Part shown: in pieces, positions 59,059 to 64,000 of the stretch
Numbering within the stretch: position 1 is the first letter of the stretch
Layout: the number at the start of each line of letters is the position of its first letter
The notes under the pieces: model-generated
The model's database searches: none
Told to the model about the DNA's origin: nothing
The model's input: the letters and a program-made list of their open reading frames with translations, nothing else
NCBI GenBank assembly: GCA_051003155.1
Contig: JBPCLO010000013.1
Location: 1 to 64,000 of the forward strand
DNA length: 64,000 nucleotides
Reading direction: 5' to 3'
DNA from: Fimbriimonadales bacterium
GTDB lineage: Bacteria; Armatimonadota; Fimbriimonadia; Fimbriimonadales; ATM1
Made by a program: the position numbers and the translations under genes

Positions 59059-59714
59059 AGGCGGCCAAGCTCGATCGCGTTTCCGCTTATAATCGAGCCC
59101 CCATCCGAGCAAAGGAACGCGATCACGTCCGCGATCTCCTCGGGTTTCTGCCATTTGTCGAAGTCCGCATTCGGCATCGAATTGCGGTTGGTGGGGGTGT
59201 CGATGATATCCGGGAGGATCGCGTTGACGCGAACTCCTCGCGGTTTGAACTCGATCGAGGCGCTTCGAGATAGGCTCAAGACGGCGGCCTTGGAGGCGGC
59301 ATAGAGCGACATACCCGCGGCTCCGGAATACGCTTGGCTACCGACGAGAACGGCACTCGAGCCACGCTGCAGGTTCTTGGCGAATGCGCTCAGGCAGTTG
59401 AACGCGGTCTTGGCGTTCAGGTTGAACATGTGATCGAAATCGCCTTTCCCGAGTTCCGCTAGGGGCTTCATGGAGAAGCCACCAGCCAGCAAGACGAGGG
59501 CATGAACCGGCGCGGCGATTCCGTTCGCCCAGTGCTTAACCGAAGCCGGGTCGGCAAGGTCTGCTTTCACGATCGTCCCCGGGCCGTCGTAGCGGTCTTT
59601 GTCGTCCCCGTTTACGGCCGAGAGGTGTACGTCGTATCCCATTTCGACGAATCGGATGACAACGGCGTGGCCGAGATTCCCAGTGCCTCCGGTGATGACT
59701 GCGGTTTTGCGCAC
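59055..59714 (-). CDS. SDR family oxidoreductase
   Basis: TGGTGNLG, YAASK, VNAILP..IDTP.NR. Confidence 0.9.
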   Translation of the reverse strand: MRKTAVITGGTGNLGHAVVIRFVEMGYDVHLSAVNGDDKDRYDGPGTIVKADLADPASVKHWANGIAAPVHALVLLAGGFSMKPLAELGKGDFDHMFNLNAKTAFNCLSAFAKNLQRGSSAVLVGSQAYSGAAGMSLYAASKAAVLSLSRSASIEFKPRGVRVNAILPDIIDTPTNRNSMPNADFDKWQKPEEIADVIAFLCSDGGSIISGNAIELGRL

Positions 59715-59745
59715 TCGGAAGATTCTGACGGATAAAATCGATCCA

Positions 59746-60324
59746 ATGCTCGACATTCCCGTGCTCGAGAGCAAGCGGCTGGTACTGCGGCCGTGGAAAG
59801 CGACGTCGGACGCGCCAGGGGTTTATGCCTACGCAAGCCTCGAGGAAGCTACGAGGTACATGCTATTCGACACGCATCGCTCGACTGCAGATACTCACGA
59901 GTTCTTGGCGAGAGCGGCGACCAGCCCCGAGCGGGGATACGCGATTACCCTGCGAGGCGACGATACGCCCATCGGCGGGTGCGGAATCAACCCTACTTCC
60001 GCGCATTGGCGGGCGGAGATTGGCTACATCCTCCACCCCGATCATTGGGGTACGGGCCTTGCGACCGAGGCTGCGGAACGGCTAATCCAGCATGGATTCG
60101 AGGACCTCGGTTTGAACCGAATTTACGCGCGGGCGGACACGAGGAACCAGGCGAGCAGGCGCGTGATGGAGAAAGCCGGGATGACCTACGAGGGAACGCT
60201 GCGCGAAGACCTGGTTGTGCGGAATGTGGCGCGGTCATTCTTCATCTGCAGCATCCTACGGAGCGAGTGGCTACTAGGGCTTGAAATGCGCGTAGGCAAG
60301 GCAACCGAGGGCGATCAAGCTTGA
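59746..60324 (+). CDS. GNAT N-acetyltransferase (RimJ/RimL type)
   Basis: LESKRLVLRP, AEIGY.L...HWG.GLATEA, N.AS.RVMEK.GM..EG. Confidence 0.9.
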   Translation: MLDIPVLESKRLVLRPWKATSDAPGVYAYASLEEATRYMLFDTHRSTADTHEFLARAATSPERGYAITLRGDDTPIGGCGINPTSAHWRAEIGYILHPDHWGTGLATEAAERLIQHGFEDLGLNRIYARADTRNQASRRVMEKAGMTYEGTLREDLVVRNVARSFFICSILRSEWLLGLEMRVGKATEGDQA

Positions 60325-60588
60325 AATCAGGGCGGGCACGCCAGGCATGACGCCGCCCTGCGAAATTCGGTAGCCGAAGAAGCCGGCGAGGGCCAAGGCA
60401 ACGAGCGCGGCTAAGCCGTAACCGGCAGAGCGGTTGCCTCGGGCGAGCCAAACGCCCAGCAAGACCAAGACGGCGGCGATCGAGGAGGCGATAATCGACT
60501 GGGAGCTTCCAGCCTTCACGTACCCCATGACGCCGCCTCCAAAGGTGAGAATCGCATACAGAACCAGGACAATGTCGAGCCAGCGCAC
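60274..60588 (-). CDS. TMEM14-family small membrane protein
   Basis: YAIL...GGVMGYVKAGS..S.IA and four short hydrophobic helices. Confidence 0.8.
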   Translation of the reverse strand: MRWLDIVLVLYAILTFGGGVMGYVKAGSSQSIIASSIAAVLVLLGVWLARGNRSAGYGLAALVALALAGFFGYRISQGGVMPGVPALISSLIALGCLAYAHFKP

Positions 60589-60597
60589 GTGACGAGT

Positions 60598-61569
60598 TTA
60601 CACCTCGGAACGAGGCGTGCGCTCCATGAGTTCAGCGACAGCGTCTAGCGGGCGTGTTTTCCCGTCCAGAACCCGGGCGATGGCTTCCATCAAGGGCACC
60701 TCGACTTCGGACCGATGCGCGAGTTCGACGGCGGCGTGGGCCGTTGGGACGCCTTCCGCGACTTGCCCGATCTCTTCGAGGGTTTGGTCGAGGCCCTTGC
60801 CTTCTCCCAGCGCGCGGCCGACCCGATAGTTGCGGCTAAGCACGCTCGCGGCCGTCGCAAAAAGGTCGCCCACCCCGCTGAGGCCCATAAACGTCTCGAC
60901 CTTTGCACCCAGCGCTACCCCGAGGGATGCCATTTCGTGCAGGCCGCGGGCAATGACCGCGCCCTTGGTGTTGTCGCCGAAACCCAGCCCGTCGCTCATG
61001 CCGGCGCAGATCGCCATGACGTTCTTGAGCGCGCCACCCAGCTCGACGCCTACGAGGTCCTTGCTCGTGTAAACTCTAAGGTTACGCGACGCGAATCGTT
61101 CCCGCACCCATTCGACACAATCCTGGTCTCGAGATGCGATAACCGTGGCGGTAGGGATGCCTTGAGCAAGCTCTACAGCGAGATTTGGACCGCTTAGTAC
61201 ACAAACCCTTGCTCTAGGCCTTTCTTCGAGCACAACTTCGCTCATTCTCTTAGAAGTATTGGGCTCGAGCCCCTTCGCGGCGATAACGACCAGCGGGTCT
61301 TCAGGTAGCAATGCACAGCCTTCACGCGCGCCTTCGCTCGGGATGGCCAAAACCCAGAAATCGGCCTCGTTCGGAGCCGCTGTTACCGGTACTATCTCCG
61401 GGGGCAACTGGAAGCCCGGAAGGTAATGCCGGTTCTCGCGGTGAGCTCGCAGCGATTCGATCTCCGAAGGGTCGCGGCCCCAGAGCGAAACATGAACACC
61501 GTTGCGGGCGATGTGGAGGCTAAGCGCCGTCCCCCAACTGCCACTACCCAAGACCGAAGCGCGAATCAC
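60598..61569 (-). CDS. gpsA: NAD(P)H-dependent glycerol-3-phosphate dehydrogenase
   Basis: GSGSWGTAL, KGLE, LSGPN.A, GVELGGALKN, GLSGVGDL, SRN, VAEGV. Confidence 0.96.
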   Translation of the reverse strand: MIRASVLGSGSWGTALSLHIARNGVHVSLWGRDPSEIESLRAHRENRHYLPGFQLPPEIVPVTAAPNEADFWVLAIPSEGAREGCALLPEDPLVVIAAKGLEPNTSKRMSEVVLEERPRARVCVLSGPNLAVELAQGIPTATVIASRDQDCVEWVRERFASRNLRVYTSKDLVGVELGGALKNVMAICAGMSDGLGFGDNTKGAVIARGLHEMASLGVALGAKVETFMGLSGVGDLFATAASVLSRNYRVGRALGEGKGLDQTLEEIGQVAEGVPTAHAAVELAHRSEVEVPLMEAIARVLDGKTRPLDAVAELMERTPRSEV

Positions 61570-61632
61570 GGGCTACAGATTACTCGCTTCCGAATCTTGC
61601 GAACGGGTAGATTAGAATCCAAACACAAAGAT

Positions 61633-61890
61633 ATGCCCTACGTAATTGCCGAACCCTGTATTGGTGTTAAGGATAAATCCTGCGTTACTGTTTGCCCCGT
61701 CGATTGCATTTACGAGGGCGACGATATGCTTTTCATCAATCCGGACGAATGCATCGACTGCGGTTTGTGCGAGCCGGAGTGTCCCGTGACCGCGATCTTC
61801 GTGGATACCGACGTGCCCAGCCAATGGCGCGAATACATCGATATGAACGCCGAGGACGGGCGCAAGTTGGCTGAAGAGAAGAAAGGCTAG
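61633..61890 (+). CDS. Ferredoxin (7Fe/dicluster FdxA type)
   Basis: CIGVKDKSCVTVCPVDCI...CIDCGLCEPECP. Confidence 0.93.
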   Translation: MPYVIAEPCIGVKDKSCVTVCPVDCIYEGDDMLFINPDECIDCGLCEPECPVTAIFVDTDVPSQWREYIDMNAEDGRKLAEEKKG

Positions 61891-61893
61891 GGC

Positions 61894-63003
61894 ATGACGC
61901 CGTTCGCCTTTGTGGTGCATCCCATCGACGCCAAGCGAGATGTCGCCCGCAAATATCCTCTGACAAGATTTCTGCCTGAAAATGGACTCGAGTGGTTTCT
62001 GAGACGGAAGAAGCCGATGGTGCTGAGCGAGATTACGGGTGTGACGTCGCCGACCGGCGCCGAAACGAAGGGTTGGTTCATCGGCTGTCCGTTGACTCCC
62101 AGGATGATGCTCGAACTGCCGCTGGAGTTCGTCTACGGACGCATTTTAGAGTGCTGCGAACTGGCGGCTTCGAAAGGAGCGAAGATCATCGGGCTCGGGG
62201 CGTTCACCGCGGTCGTCGGTGATGGGGGCAAGACTATTTCGGACCGCAGTCCGATCGCCGTCACGACCGGGAACAGCTACACGGTAGCGACCGCAATCGA
62301 CGGAGCAATGGAAGCGGCGAAGCTCATGGAAATCGATACTTCGAAGGCCACGCTCGCTGTGGTTGGGGCAACCGGAGCGATCGGCAAGACTTGTGCCCAG
62401 CTTATGGCGCCACACTTCGAAAGAACGGTGCTAATCGGGCGCGATCTTGCGCGCACCCAGGCCGTCGCGGATTCTATCAGCGCGGAGGTAACCGCGACGA
62501 CGAGTATCGATGCGTTGCGTGAAGCCGACGTGATCGTTACCGTCACAAGCGCCGGCGACGCGGTAATTCAGCCCGAGCACCTTAGATCCGGCGCCGTCGT
62601 ATGCGATGTGGCGCGCCCCAGGGATGTCAGCGTGCGCGTGTCCAGAGAGCGGGACGACGTGCTTGTGATCGAGGGCGGAGTGGTGGCGGTACCCGGTGAT
62701 GTGCGCTTTGGCATGGAGTTCGGGTTTCCGCCGAGGACAGCTTATGCTTGCATGAGCGAGACGATGCTGTTGGCACTGGAAAACCGGCCGGAGCCGTTTA
62801 CGATCGGCAAAGACGTGACCGCCGAGCAGGTACTGGAGACCCAGCGCCTTGCCAAGAAACACGGCTTCGAGCTTGCGGGCTTCCGAAGCTTCGAGAAGGC
62901 TGTGGCCAAGGAGACGATCGAGCGGGTCAAGGCGGCTGTCGCGCTGCGGAAGGCTGAAGGCAAGACGGTTCCACCGTCCGTCGCCCGTGCCCCTTCTCGG
63001 TAG
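61894..63003 (+). CDS. NAD(P)-binding reductase related to acyl-ACP reductase (COG5322-like)
   Basis: FAFVVHP, GLGAFT, TTGNSYT, VVGATGAIG, DVARPRDV, YACMSET. Confidence 0.75.
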   Translation: MTPFAFVVHPIDAKRDVARKYPLTRFLPENGLEWFLRRKKPMVLSEITGVTSPTGAETKGWFIGCPLTPRMMLELPLEFVYGRILECCELAASKGAKIIGLGAFTAVVGDGGKTISDRSPIAVTTGNSYTVATAIDGAMEAAKLMEIDTSKATLAVVGATGAIGKTCAQLMAPHFERTVLIGRDLARTQAVADSISAEVTATTSIDALREADVIVTVTSAGDAVIQPEHLRSGAVVCDVARPRDVSVRVSRERDDVLVIEGGVVAVPGDVRFGMEFGFPPRTAYACMSETMLLALENRPEPFTIGKDVTAEQVLETQRLAKKHGFELAGFRSFEKAVAKETIERVKAAVALRKAEGKTVPPSVARAPSR

Positions 63004-63472
63004 CGGAGTTCCTGCCTAGTCATTGCCGAAGTTTGCTCAGCTCACCGAGGATATAGGAAATGCCTCCACGGCGAGTGTCCACTGAAAGAACCAAGCAGAA
63101 AATCCTCAACGCGCGTGTTGAGTAAGTTAAATCGAGTCTGGCGTGAGCAGGAAATGGCGGACTCCCGCTCAGGAATCGTCGATATCTGCGCGAAGATCTC
63201 GGATATCTGCGCGCCTTTCTTGGATTCGGGGGCCGCAATCGGCGATTCTAGCACCGGTCTCTCTAGGCGCTGAGCGACTCCCCGCCGCATCTGTTGGCGT
63301 CTTGCGTTGCGATACGCCCGGCTATTGAAAGACGTTAACGACGATTCCCAAAACTACGCCTACAAGTGAGGGCGCAATCGCCAAGGCAGTGCCTTTGGGT
63401 TAGGCGCTCGATATTCCTCATCGGAAATGGCGATTCTCGATCCCGTTGTGATCTTTGCCACGCGCCATTTGC

Positions 63473-63955
63473 CTAGGTCGGAACTTCGACCACGACGTGG
63501 GGCTCATGGGCGATGGAGAAGTTCACGCTGCGGGCGATGAAGCAAACTTGGCCGGCTTCGTGATGCAACGACGCCGCGAGTTCTTGTTTTTCGGAATCGC
63601 TGATCGTGACTTGTGGATGCAGAGTCGCCGATGCGAATTGGCCGCTGCCGTCAGGATTCATGACTACCGTCCCTTCGGCATGATCCTCATACGCCGTGAC
63701 AACGATTCCGGCCTTGGAAGCAACATAAAGATACGAGAGCATATGGCACTGGGCGGCGGCGGCCAGCAGCAACTGCTCTGGATTCCACCGGCTTTTATCA
63801 CCCCCGAACGCGGGGTCCGACGATGCGATGATCTCAGGAGGTCCGTCGGCATTGACGACATGGTCTCGGCTGTATGAGCGGTAACCGCTCGTACCGTCGC
63901 CCAGGTTTCCGGTCCAGCGGACGGTCAAATCGTAATGATGCTCGTTGGGTTGCAT
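63473..63955 (-). CDS. OsmC family peroxiredoxin-like protein
   Basis: WTGN.G.GT..Y..YSRDH, SDPAF.GD, NPEQLL...CHMLSYL, CFIARSV. Confidence 0.9.
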   Translation of the reverse strand: MQPNEHHYDLTVRWTGNLGDGTSGYRSYSRDHVVNADGPPEIIASSDPAFGGDKSRWNPEQLLLAAAAQCHMLSYLYVASKAGIVVTAYEDHAEGTVVMNPDGSGQFASATLHPQVTISDSEKQELAASLHHEAGQVCFIARSVNFSIAHEPHVVVEVPT

Positions 63956-64000
63956 ACAAGCATTAAACACCAGAAGGCGGAGCAATGAATCGCCCCACCT

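Overview
A gene-dense, roughly 60% GC bacterial chromosome segment. A PEP-CTERM tail, Lnt, an outer-membrane beta-barrel, futalosine-pathway genes and the overall protein style suggest a diderm such as Armatimonadota/Fimbriimonadia; this taxonomy is inference only. Most genes are scattered housekeeping functions: proline dehydrogenase, pdhAB, rocD, hrcA, lnt, yajQ, trpS, mqnC and a UbiD decarboxylase, wzm/wzt, gyrA, dapL, folC, oppABC, wecB, prpBC, galE, gpsA and three tRNAs. The main unexplained structure is a conserved ~150-aa C-terminal domain (RG..GxL..L..SDD....RPG.VF ... RAR..Y...G..F.[YF]PW....D...W-x4-stop). It ends five signal-peptide proteins at four loci and is fused to three unrelated passenger types, which makes it a candidate lineage-specific secretion or surface-anchoring tag. 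Other points of interest: a possible lysyl-oxidase-like passenger domain; many apparently leaderless genes (a TANNNT hexamer 6-9 nt before the start codon); a decayed ARPP-1/TPR-array island; an unusual GyrA quinolone-binding region; an orphan GlmL; and an acyl-ACP-reductase-like gene paired with a ferredoxin. No CRISPR array, integrase or transposase was seen.
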